Positions 23,053 to 34,789 of a stretch of DNA of 64,000 bases are shown in pieces. Position 1 is the stretch's first letter, and each line of letters begins with the position of its first letter. The DNA is from Geosiphon pyriformis uo1. Its lineage: Eukaryota; Fungi; Glomeromycota. Below the pieces are notes generated by a model. It searched no databases. It was given only the letters and a program-made list of their open reading frames with translations, and had not been told where the DNA came from. The stretch is from the NCBI GenBank assembly GCA_016748015.1, contig JAAOMT010000445.1, positions 486,874 to 550,873 on the forward strand, written 5' to 3'. A program made the translations under genes and the position numbers.

Positions 23053-24015
23053 TGTTATCAGACAAAATTAGAGATATTATTTAGCATAAAATTATCTTAT
23101 AATTCCTATCATTAATTAGCATATATTATTGTTTCAAATTATTACTTATTATATTAGCAAAATATCCGAAATTATCATTTAATTAATAACCCAATTTGTA
23201 CACAACACAAATGTAACCTAATTGCAATGATCAATTATGCAATACTCTGAACTATGTAACATTCAAAAAGTTTGCCAAAATTTGTAAAAATTCGCCGAAA
23301 TAATTGATAGTTCATCGAAAAATCTAATAGTTTGCCAAAATGTATCTTTAGTTCAGCAAAATTGTAGAAAATAGCAAAGTTCAAATTCATAGAATAGTGT
23401 TATGACAAGTTGTATAAAAAAAAAACTTCTTTTTTCGAGAAAATGTATCTTACTTTAGATTTATCACTTAGAACTATTCCTATACATACAAAAAAAAATA
23501 AATATCAAATAATTTGAAAAAAAAACCAAGTTTTCTAATTATTGCGCTTGGAAAATCCCTGAAACCCGACTAACATTTCGAAATTGATTAGCTACCAATT
23601 TCAGTAAACTGTTAGCAACTCCAGGCTTGGATAGAAAATGTTTCCCTTGACAGAATTCTATTTCTTTTACATTTCTTTTATTTTTCTTTTATTTTCTTAT
23701 TACAATCATTAAGGTAGTCTACAGACAAGATTCCTGTAGAAGAGTTGACTTTCACAGCAAATTAACTACATATTTTTAGTGAGCTTCCAGATGAGCAATT
23801 CTTGGGAAAGAGTTAACATTTACTACAACGTAACTACATAAAGTAACTGGCAAAGAATTGGTCATTCCACTTATAAGCCCAACAGTTCAAATTATAGAAA
23901 ATAATTTGAAAGTAAATTCAGTTACTGGAGGTCCAACTACTTCTTAAAAACATGAATTCACAGCAAATCAACATTACCAACATTTAAAAAAAGAGACCAA
24001 AAACCTCCAGTAACA
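23053..24015 (+). repeat. 3' LTR of element E
   Basis: Direct repeat of 14219-15181. Confidence 0.95.
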
Positions 24016-25896
24016 TCGAGAAGAGTTAGGTTTCACTGCCCGAGGAATCAATGGGTTTGGATCAAGTGGAAGAGGAAACGTACCAGTTAATTTCACGGAG
24101 GAAAACAGTGACCAGATAGAATTTATCCACACCAACACCATCATTTCCATTCTCCTATACCAACAATACATCCTCAAGATGAATCAAAAGATCTAAGATC
24201 AAGCTCTATTATTCGAAGCCAGTCCTGAAATCTGTTCTCTAGCCAATGTTGCTAATCTATACCTACCGGCCAAAGCCCATAAACACTTCAAAATCTCTAT
24301 CCACAACCCAACAGAAGATGTTATTGAAATCCCCGAAGGGACTCTCATTAGTTCCATATCCACAGATAGTCAGAATCCTGAAAAACCTCAGTCCATTTCA
24401 GATTTCACACAATTATTCTTATTCTGTAATATTACCTCACAAGTATGGAATTTGCCAAAAAAAAGTTACTTGTTTACATCAGAAGATATCAATAAATTGA
24501 ATTTAGGAAATTTAAGTACTCTGCAACAAATGCAACTCAAAGTCTTTTTGAATCAGTATGCTGATGTTTTTGCCAGCGAAAATGAGTTCAGATGCACTGA
24601 CATCATGAAGCATCAGATTGATACAGGAGACACTTGACCAATTAAGTAATGAGCTTACCGCATACTCCCATTTGGCAATAATCTAATTAAGCAAGAAGTG
24701 CAATGGATGCTTGATAACAGCCTAATCAAAGATTTGTTAAGCCCTTGGTTCTCGCCAGTAGTCTTGGTCACCAAAAAAAACAGAAAAGTGCGATTCTGCA
24801 TAGATTATCAAAAACTAAATAGTGTCATGTGAGAAGATAGTTATCCTACTCCTTTCATCCAGGAAATTCTGGACAATCTAGGGAAAAAAAAATGGTTCTC
24901 ATCATTAAATTTAGCAAGTGGTTACTGGCAAGTTGAAATAGATCCCAAAGACAAAGGAAAAACAGCATTTACCACTCAAGATGGAAACTTCGAGTTTAAT
25001 GTAATGTCTTTTGGACTTTGTAATGCTCCTGCCACATTTCAACGCCTGATGGATGTAGTATACAAAAGAATCCTTTGAAAATCAGTAGTAGTCTACTTAG
25101 ACAACACAAACGTGTTCTCTGAAACATTCGAAGACTATCTGCTCCACCTGCAACAAGTCTTTGAATGCCTTCATAATGCTGGATTGAAACTCAATTCCAA
25201 AAAGTGGTTCTTTAGAAAAACTGAGTTAAAATTCCTAGGACATGTAATCAGCAAGGACAGAGTTAAGCCTGATCCAAATAAAGTACAAAAAGTTAAGGAT
25301 TTTCTAGCCCCAATTGACCTCAGAGAATTACGAGGATTTGTAGGATTAGCAGGTATTATCGTCAATTTGTCAAAGGTTTCTTGAACATCACAAAACCACT
25401 CCATCAATTGTTGTCCAAATACATATCGTACTTGTGGAAAGAAGATCAACAGAAAGCATTTGACTATCTCAAGCAGCAATTGATCACATCCTCAATCCTA
25501 ATTTACCCAAATTTCACTAAACAGTTCATTGTCACTACAGATGCCTCGAAAAATGCTTTAAGAGCAGTCTTATCACAGATAGGACCAGACAATAGAGAAC
25601 ACCCAGTTGCCTACACTAGTCACAACACTAGCCCAGCAGAAAAGAATTACAGCACAACAGATCTGGAATGTCTTGCCATTTATTGGGCCATACAGACTTG
25701 AAAACATTACCTCAGTCAACCATTTGACCTATATACTAACCACAAAGGACTTATTTGGTTACTCAACAATCTACAACTAGAAGGAAAATATGCAAGATAG
25801 AGTACTTATTTGCAACAATTCCCACTTAAAGTCTATTATAAGGAAGGATTCAAAAACACCAATGTCAACAGTTTGTCAAGGATGCCACAAACCTAA
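24016..25896 (+). pseudogene. dUTPase motif 5, RT and RNase H of element D, ends ...LSRMPQT*
   Basis: ARGINGFGSSG at 24038-24070; RFCIDY, YLDN (YLDD), TTDASK. Confidence 0.92.
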
Positions 25897-25906
25897 TCCC
25901 AGACCC

Positions 25907-27274
25907 ATAGACACACTCACTTATCAATGACTACATCAGTACCTATCGACACTATGTTTCAAGGAGATATTATCTCAACAGAAACAGAGTACTATACAAA
26001 AACAAGCCCGAAATAATTTTATTCAAGACAACCAACTATATCGACGAGAACGCTGAAACCACCCCAACCCACAATGACTAATCATGGACAGTGAAAAAGA
26101 AACTATACTATATAGCGTGCACTCAGATCTGACTGCAGAACATTTTAACAAAGACACTACCCTCGAAAGAACACTAAACTTATACTATTGGTTAATGATA
26201 CACAAAGACATTTTCAAATATGTGCTCAATTGTAACGCATGCCAGCAAAGAGGAGGAGCAAGATCAACAGAACCACTTCGACCCATTCCAGTTGGAAATC
26301 CATTTGATAGAATCGGGATTGATTTGGTTGGACCTCTTTCAATTACATCTCAAGGAAATTGCTATATTGCTGTAGCCATAGACTATCTTACAAAATGGCC
26401 AAAAGCCAGAGCAATCCAAGTGGCCGATGCCAAAACAGTCACCGAATTTGTGCATTAAGACCTAATTTGCTGACATGGATGTCCGAAAAAATTATTATCT
26501 GATCAGGGAACACACTTTGTTAATAATATGCTGACTGAACTAAGCCAACGATTTGGAATAAAGAGACTCTTATCGTTACCATACCACCCACAAACAAATG
26601 GACTGGTAGAACAATTTAACAGAACACTGTGCGAAGCACTAGCAAAAATAAGTCATGAAAACAGACAAGAATGGGACTTATTCATACCTTCTGTACTCTT
26701 TGCATACCAAACATTAAAACAAAATATGACTCAGTTTACACCGTTTGAACTAGTCTATGGAAGAAAAGCTACGTTACCGATTGAACGAATGATACCATCA
26801 TACCCAACAGAAACAATCAATGAAGAGAATTTTGAGACTACCTTACATCAAAGAACATACCAGCTAATAGAAACGTTGGAAAACAATTAAAGAACAGCAG
26901 CTAGCAATATTAGTCACACTCAAAAACAACAAAAAGAAAGACATGATAAACACCTATCAGAACAACCAATGGAATTCAAGATTGGAGACCAAGTACTGTT
27001 ACATTGTACAAAAGCTAAGAAACAGTGGAGTGGAAAGTTCGACCCAAAGTGAGACGGTCCATTCCACATACATAAAGTGTTAGGAAATAAAACTTACAAA
27101 TTACAATTGGAAGACAAGATTTTAAAAAAAGTAGCACATGGAAATCGGTTAAAAATTTATCATGTAAAACAGGAATCATCGTCATCAGTACCTCAACTAG
27201 GAACACAAATTTCATTAATCAGACCAGAAGATATACCATGAGATCTGGAACCAATCATCATCATCAAAACGTAG
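25907..27274 (+). pseudogene. Integrase ORF of element D
   Basis: CNACQ, FDRIGIDLVGPL, YHPQTNGLVE. Confidence 0.92.
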
Positions 27275-27354
27275 ACAACAGACAGCAAATTAAATTGAAA
27301 AATTCAAATATATATAGCATCTGAAAAACAGCAAGAAACAATAGAAATTTCAAC

Positions 27355-27921
27355 ATGGACCTTTCAGATCAAATTTTAAAATTATTTAAACAATTATTTG
27401 AAACAATTCAAAAATCAACATCTTAAATAGAAATAACAATTGATAAAAAAGAGATACAGTACAAAGATAAGAGCAGGAGAAGGGAGGACGAAAGTTCAAT
27501 TAGAACTAAACATTCTCTTTCCTACCCACCACCCGAAAGACAATATGAGAGGAAAAATTGCCTTTGGGTGGGGGGTGGAAAAGAAGGAGGCAAAGAACGA
27601 GAAAAAGGTTACAAAAGAAGATACTTGGTCCTTGAGCTCGAAGAAATAAAAGAAACAATACAACAAGTAGAAAAATTTGTAGGGAAAAACAACCTGACCC
27701 TATATTACAAAGCAGCATACCGACTATACACCGTCTTCCAACATTGCCCAAATATACTACTGAACGGATCTATGAAAACCATAATGGTTAACAGCATAAG
27801 ACAAATAACCAATCAACAGTTTGAAGACCTACAAAAGGCAATACTTGAGGCAACAATCGAACATTACACAAACAAAGCCATGATAACAGATACATATGGT
27901 TTCACAGGAGCTCAATTTTAA
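27355..27921 (+). pseudogene. ORF3 of element D (~188 codons, one internal stop)
   Basis: ATG 27355 is in frame with track ORF 27568-27921: YYKAAYRLYTVFQHCPNILL; stop abuts the PPT. Confidence 0.75.
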
Positions 27922-27935
27922 AAAGAAAGGGATAA

Positions 27936-29032
27936 TGTTACTTGAGTAGAAAAACCAATCCAAAGTTATAAAGAAACATGACCAAAATGTGACATAATAC
28001 AGAATAATGCACAATAACATTGAATAATGCATTATAACATTGGATAATGTGTTATAATGCAGGATAACACAGAATAGTACACAATAACATAGGATAATGT
28101 GTTATAATGCAGGATAACACAGAATAACATGTAATAATGTCAGATAACGTGTTATAATATAGGATAACTAGTAATAACGTAGAAAAACGAAGCAATAACA
28201 GAAACAACAAAGCAATAACTAGCAATAGCAAAACAATTGAAAGCAATCCTGTAAAACCAAAAGAATATATAAAAGCAAGTAGTTATACAAATGAGAAAGG
28301 ACAGAGAAAAAAATAGATACGAACCTCTAGACCAAAAATTAAAATATCTATACCCTTTTATCCTTTATTATCTTCCTTATTTCATTTCCTGAAATAAACC
28401 AATTATTAAAAGAAATTAGAATCACAAATTCATGTTCTCAAACTTTGTGGAATTTATGTGAATTAACCCTTGTCTTGTACCTCCATTCTAGAACAGATGT
28501 TCTTAGCATAACTGCCTCGAACCTATTAATGATTTGGACCAATTGCTCTTGATCATGGTGATTGACAATACTAATTTATCTTTTCTCTCTTTTCTTTTCT
28601 TTTTTTTTCTTTTTTTTTTTCTTTTTTTTTCTGTCTTAATTTTTTTGTGAAGTGGCAACATAGTAAAATTGACTGTCTGAGAATAGACTTCGTAATAGCC
28701 TGGTAAAAAAGGGAAGCTTCCCCTAAGTTTTGGATATTAACATTATCTTGTTAGCTTACCAGAAGGGCGAAAAGACAATGCCAGACCCTAACAACTGCGC
28801 TCATTAGCTTGGAGAAGAAAGCTCACATTTACAAAAAATGTTGCAATTGACGAAAGACAAACTCTGTGCCTTATAACCAAAGAACTCAACGGGTAAAATT
28901 CACATCCAGGAATAGACCTTCAGAGACTAATAATCAAGACTAAGCCAACAGAATTATGCGGAAGATGCATCATCAATAATTGAGAGCACCAAACATTATC
29001 ATTTTTTATACCCACCAAGTTTACCCGTAACA
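27936..29032 (+). repeat. 3' LTR of element D
   Basis: Direct repeat of 10215-11306, preceded by PPT AAAAGAAAGGGATAA. Confidence 0.95.
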
Positions 29033-32000
29033 TCAGAAATATTAATGGTAATGTATCTAGAACTGAAAATATCACCAATAGCCAGAACTTGATTCAAACA
29101 ATACTACCAGCTATTGTCACAGAAGATAGCAGCCTCGTAGCTATTTTTATTTTTGAATTAGAAGAAAAAGAGGCTATGTTTAGTGGAGCAGCATTGGACG
29201 AGGAATGCCCAATCACTGCTATATACACAGAAGCAAAAGTAAACAACATGCCAATCAAACTTATTTTAAACAGTGGATCCGCTAAAAGCATCATAATGCT
29301 TTAACTAGTAAATCAACTGGGTTTCAAAGTTGATTGTGTCACAATGTCCCAAATTATAACAACTGATAGAAATACAAAGCTGCCTCATGGCAAAATTAAC
29401 TTATTCCCTTTCAAAATTAACGGCATAATAATATCTACAAAAGTATTAGTAATGAATGTTACATAATATCAAGCATTAGTAGAAAATGACTGGCTAACAA
29501 AAGCCAATGCCACCCTAGACTGGACCACCCAAGAGCTTCTGATCAATTATAATGGCCACTAGGCCAGAATTCTAGCCACTTGTAGCCACTTCTAAAAACC
29601 AAGCACCAACCAAAGACCTACCTTTGAATTTGAGGAAAATCCAGCACTACCAGCCATTGAAACCTATCAGCTCTCTTGGGCTGATGACCAAAGAACAGAA
29701 CTACTAGCTATATCAACATGAATCAGCAAAGAAAGATTTGAATAGAACCAGATAAGTCCATAAAGAAACCACCAGTAACACAAACCAAAGCTAGAATACT
29801 CAGTTTACAAGAAAAAACTCTTGTTCATGACTGTGTGCAGCGCACCAGACAAAGACCCAAAAAACCCCACCCACTACTATTGTAATCATTGTAACAAAAA
29901 AAAATATGGTTATCCAGAAAGACACGGAAAATGGGACAAGGAATTGTGCTTTGCTTGTAGAGAACCATTACCAAAAGGGTACAACTGAAATAACATACCA
30001 GGCAGAAGAGGAACATGTGACACAACTTGCCAATACACAATCCTTATCTGTAACTGGGTAAGAGGAGAAACACTGTTCAAAACAGTGTTCAACAGAGCAT
30101 TAAGAAGTCTGCAGTACTACTCACATGACAAGAATGAGTTATATAACATCACACAAGCCAAAGTAAGAGGAAGAACCACCGAAGAAATATGACATTAGAA
30201 AGTGTCAGCTGAAATAGCTAACAAAGTTGCCAACTACAACATGTTCAATCTAGTAGATGAATTCTAAGAAAATTATCAACAGCTGTGTTCCACTTGCCAA
30301 GAACAGGAACAGTATCTTGTTCAGATTAACACTTACTTTTGCAAAAACTGTCTTATCCTGTGCCAAAGTTAGTGTTGTGAAGAGTGTCAATACAAAAAGG
30401 ACTTGGCAAAAAAAATGGAAATTGAGAATCAGCAGTACCAAAATCAATCAATAAATCAACAAAACTCAACAGTCCCAAGTCAGAAAATATTTTAGCCTAT
30501 ACTGATCTAACTCAGAAAATCAGTATCCAGTACTATAACAATGGGCACTTAGGAATAGTACCCAAAAGAGCCTATCTAACTGATGCCAGATTCAATCTAT
30601 GTTATCCAGAAGACCAATCCAAAATGTTACCTTCCAAGAGCATTACCAAAATTGACCTAAAAATAGCAGTTGAAATTCTGCCAGAAATAATGGTTCAAAT
30701 AGTGTCATGATTAAGTTTTGCAAAAAAAGGAATAAGCATTCAAGAAAAAATAATTGACTCTGGCTACACTAGAAATTTGATGGTTTTACTACAGAACAAT
30801 TCAGAAAAATCTTATACTATTAAATCTAAGGAGAAGATTGTACAAGCAATTTTCCTATCATTAGTAAAAATTAGAAAATTTATACTAGTGGAAAATCAAG
30901 AAGAATTGACACAAACAATGAGAAGAATTTATGGTTTTAGATCAACAAGAAAAGGAATTGAAGCAAATTTTATTGAAATGCCAGAGGAAAAAAATGAATT
31001 AATCAGAAATGAGTGGTCAATCACGCTCATGCCTTATAGAAAATCAGAAATTAAAATAAAAAAAACAATAAAAGATATAAATCTAATATTTGAGCCCCAT
31101 CCAAAAACTTGCCAACAGTTTCTCATAGGACTTACTAACCTTTTTATTCCAGCTGACAAAACACAATGGATAAAAATTCCTATCACAAATATTACAGAAG
31201 AGCTTATATACATTCCAGAAAATACCATCATAAAATATCTTGGAACAGAGCTAGAAAACGCATTAACACTACAAAAAATTCTAAATTTTCCAGAAATTGC
31301 CCTTTATTATAAACTCACTTTAATAAATTGGCAACAACTGTTGGAATGCTATCAATTTATGCCAGAAAAATTGGCCAAATTAAACATTGGAACAATGGAT
31401 TTGGACCAACAGTGACAATTAAAAGCATTAATTTTAAAATACTCTGATATATTTTCACAAAATGGCAAATTTGGAAGAACCAACTTGGTTTAACACCAAA
31501 TTTCTACTGAGAATGCTAGACCTGAAAAACAATGTGCTTACTATGTCCCACCAATGGAGCATAATTTTATCAGAGAAAAAGTCCAAAGCATATTGGAAAA
31601 AGGAATAATTCAATCATCAATGAGCTCATAGTCCTTACCAGTTGTTTTAGTAAAGAAAAAGAACAGAAAAATTAGATTTTGCATCAACTATTGCAAACTA
31701 AACAGCAAAACAACCAAAAACTCATACCCAATACCATTAATTGACGAAATCTTTGATGTTTTTGGAGGAGCAAAATGGTTTTCTACACTTAACTTGACCA
31801 GTGAATACTGGCAAATAGAAATAGACCTAAAAGACAGGCATAAAACAGCATTCACAACACAAAATAGCAATTATAAATTCAATATAATGCCATTTGGATT
31901 GACAAACACTTCCATAACATTCCAAAGATTAATGGACGTAATTTACTCTGGAATTCTGTGGTAATCTGTTGTTGTCTACTTGGATGATACAAATGTTTTC

Positions 32001-32783
32001 TCACCAAAATTTGCAGATTATCTCCAATATTTACAACAAGTTTTTGAGAAATTGAGACATACTGGACTTAAATTAAATTTAGAAAAATGTTTTTTTGGGA
32101 AAAATGAGCTAACATTTCTAAGACACATAGTTGGAAAAGATGAAATAAAACCAGATCCATCAAAAATAGACAAAGTAAAAAATTTTCCAGAACCTCAAAA
32201 CGTTTCAGAAGTTAAAAGCTTTTTAGGACTTGCATCTTACTACTGCCACATTGTAGAAAACTTTTCAAACATTGCCAAACTTTTTAATTATCTACTATCT
32301 AAAAATGTAAAATTTGAATAAACCGAAACACAGCAAAAAGCTTTTAAGTATCTTAGACAAAAGCTCATTGAATTACCAATAATGATTTATTCGGATTTCA
32401 ACAAGAAATTCATTTTGGCCACAGATGCCTTTGGAATGGAATTTAGAGCCATTCTTTTACAAAAAGATGATAATAAAAGAGAACGTGTAATTGCTTATGC
32501 CAGTAGAAGTCTCAGTATGGCAGAGCAAAACTATGCAGCACATGAATTAGAATGCTTAGCAGTAGTCTGAAGTTGTGTTTACTTTGATACATATTTACAG
32601 TATAAACCCTTTGATATTATCACAGATTATAGAGGTCTGGTCTGGTTAAATAACAAAAAAATGCTGAAAAAAAAATATGCCAGATGGTCACAAATATTAG
32701 TACCATACAATTATATCATCAAATACAAAGAAGATGCCAAAAATGCCAATGCTGACTGTTTGTCAAGAATGAGACACACATAA
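29033..32783 (+). pseudogene. Protease, Cys-rich domain, dUTPase, RT and RNase H of element C, ends ...LSRMRHT*
   Basis: ILNSGSA; YYCNHC, CFAC, CDTTC; IDSGY, KIVQ, GFRST; YLDD; ATDA. Confidence 0.9.
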
Positions 32784-32819
32784 AAATCATGAACCCACTC
32801 ATCAATTAGAGTATTTGAC

Positions 32820-33096
32820 AAAGCAACAATCCAACAATTAGAAAGTTTTATTGAAAAAACCAATAGTACATTCAATTCAAAAAGCAGTTTACAGAATTTT
32901 CAAAGCATTTAAAAAATTGTCACAAAGTATTACTGGATCCAATCATGAACATAATAACAACCAACAGTATTAAACGACTTACCAATTCACAATTTCAAGA
33001 ATTACAACAACAAGTTAATAATACAGTATTGAACTACTATAGCAACTTAGAATTCAATGCAGAAATTAACTTCAATTTCAATAGAGCTTAATCTTG
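32820..33096 (+). pseudogene. C-terminal remnant of ORF3 in element C (integrase absent)
   Basis: KAVYRIFKAF..CHKVLLDP...SIKRLTNSQFQEL only ~100 bp after the RNase H stop. Confidence 0.7.
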
Positions 33097-33110
33097 AAAG
33101 GAGAGGATAA

Positions 33111-33949
33111 TGTTACAGTTCAAGAATTTAATAGGAATTATAAATAATATAAATTAGCCAATCATGAAATAGCACAGTAACAATTTATAAAAAAAAATGA
33201 TTTACAAATAACAGCAAGCACTATCATGCAATAGCAGTAAGCACTATTTTACAATAGTAGCAAGCACTATCGTGCAAAAGCAGCAAGCACTATTTTACAA
33301 TAGCAGCAAGCACTATTTAGAAATAATGAAAATAAAATATTACAAGATGTTATTTTGTAAAACAATAATTATATATATATACAATAGTTTTAATGATGAA
33401 AAATTGAACAAGCTTCAATTAGAAGCAACAAATATCTAAATAAAATTTTATTCAAAAAGAATTAATAAAAATAATAAATTAAATAAACATCATAATTACA
33501 AGATTAACAATAGAATTCACATACTTTCTCTAGCAAATGAAACTATCATTCCATTTCTGAACCCTTTGGAAGAATAATTCCTGATCAAGATTATTCACGT
33601 GGTTACTAATTAAATTGAAAAAGCTTTATTATATACTTAGGGAAATTGCGAAAAGACCATTAATATTCCATGTTTCTAGATTAGAGAAACACATCAAACA
33701 ATTGCAAAGATAGCCTCAGAGAAGACCCCAAACAGTGGGTAGATTTCAGATTAGCCTCTGGGAAGGAGTACACAACATACAAAGACAACTAGAATTAAAA
33801 AGAAAACTTACATCACAACATCAAGAGAAAACTTTCAGTACATTATCATTAATATCCAACACATAAAATAGAGAAACTCATGAGAGACTGATTGCAATTA
33901 AAACGGGAGATCAACAATTAAAATAATCCAAAAAAACACTCCTATAACA
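33111..33949 (+). repeat. 3' LTR of element C
   Basis: Direct repeat of 7360-8198. Confidence 0.93.
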
Positions 33950-33953
33950 TTGG

Positions 33954-34776
33954 TTTCTGAAGGTTTTTGTAATCTGAAAGTTTTAGTTGAGTCTTTTATA
34001 TAATAAATAGAGATTTAGGTATTGTTTTAATAGTTTTCTAAAATGTGTATTCCATTAATTTCTGTTTTTAACATAATAATTAGTTTATTTTGACAGTCAT
34101 GTCTTTTTGGTAAGCTAGTCTTAAATTTCTTAATTTTTTATTCTTATTTCTGGGTCTTTTATCAGACTATCTTTAATATCAATAACTTAGTGCTTTAATT
34201 TCTTAATTAATTAGTAAACAACAAGAAACAAAATAAAAAAAAATAAAAAATTGGTATTCTGTTAATAGTCATAATCAAGAACTATTGGTTTAATATGATT
34301 AAGTATTAGTAGCTATCAACATAAAGTGTTAATAGTAACAAGTAAATGTTAATTAACAATCAAGTGATGATAATATAAATTGAACGATAAGAATTGTTTA
34401 TTAATATTTGATGATTTTTATTTTAAGTCATAGAATACTATTATATAAAGAAATAGGTGTTGGCTTTTAAACTAAAAATTCTTGGATAAATTTTGTTTTT
34501 TCTGTTACTAATATTTTCATTATATATATATAATTTGGGTTATATAAGATTGCTCACATTTCCAAGCAATGTGTTATAATTTCTTAAACAATACTCATAT
34601 TGCTAAACAATATGCTGTGATTTCTGACAATGCTTTATATTATTAAATAATATGTTATAATTTCTAATAATACTCCACATTGCTAAACAATATGCTTATA
34701 TGCTAAATACTATTTTCTTATTGACCTATCTGTTTTTCTAATTATTTTTTCTTGTACTATTTTCTTATGAATAACA
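33954..34776 (-). repeat. Remainder of the 3' LTR of element F, with 40-bp-period array at ~34556-34700
   Basis: Matches ~42995-43799; followed by decayed PPT complement. Confidence 0.88.
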
Positions 34777-34789
34777 TTATTTTTTTTTA

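Larger units (their letters stand above)
14219..24015 (+). mobile_element. Ty3/Gypsy element E, innermost and least decayed (9.8 kb), inserted in the dUTPase of D
   Basis: LTRs 14219-15181 and 23053-24015 (963 bp each); TSD CCAA/TCGA (ancestral CCGA restores the D frame VTT-R-EELG); PBS TTTGGTGCTCTC; PPT GAGGAGGAGG. Confidence 0.96.
10215..29032 (+). mobile_element. Ty3/Gypsy element D, inserted at the gag-protease junction of C
   Basis: LTRs 10215-11306 and 27936-29032; TSD TCAG/TCAG; empty site seen in G (AACTTAAATCTCAGAAATATT, ~56125-56146). Confidence 0.95.
7360..33949 (+). mobile_element. Ty3/Gypsy element C (integrase-less), inserted in the 3' LTR of F
   Basis: LTRs 7360-8198 and 33111-33949 (839 bp each); TSD TTGG/TTGG; PBS TTTGGTGAACTC; PPT GAAAGGAGAGGATAA. 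Confidence 0.93.
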
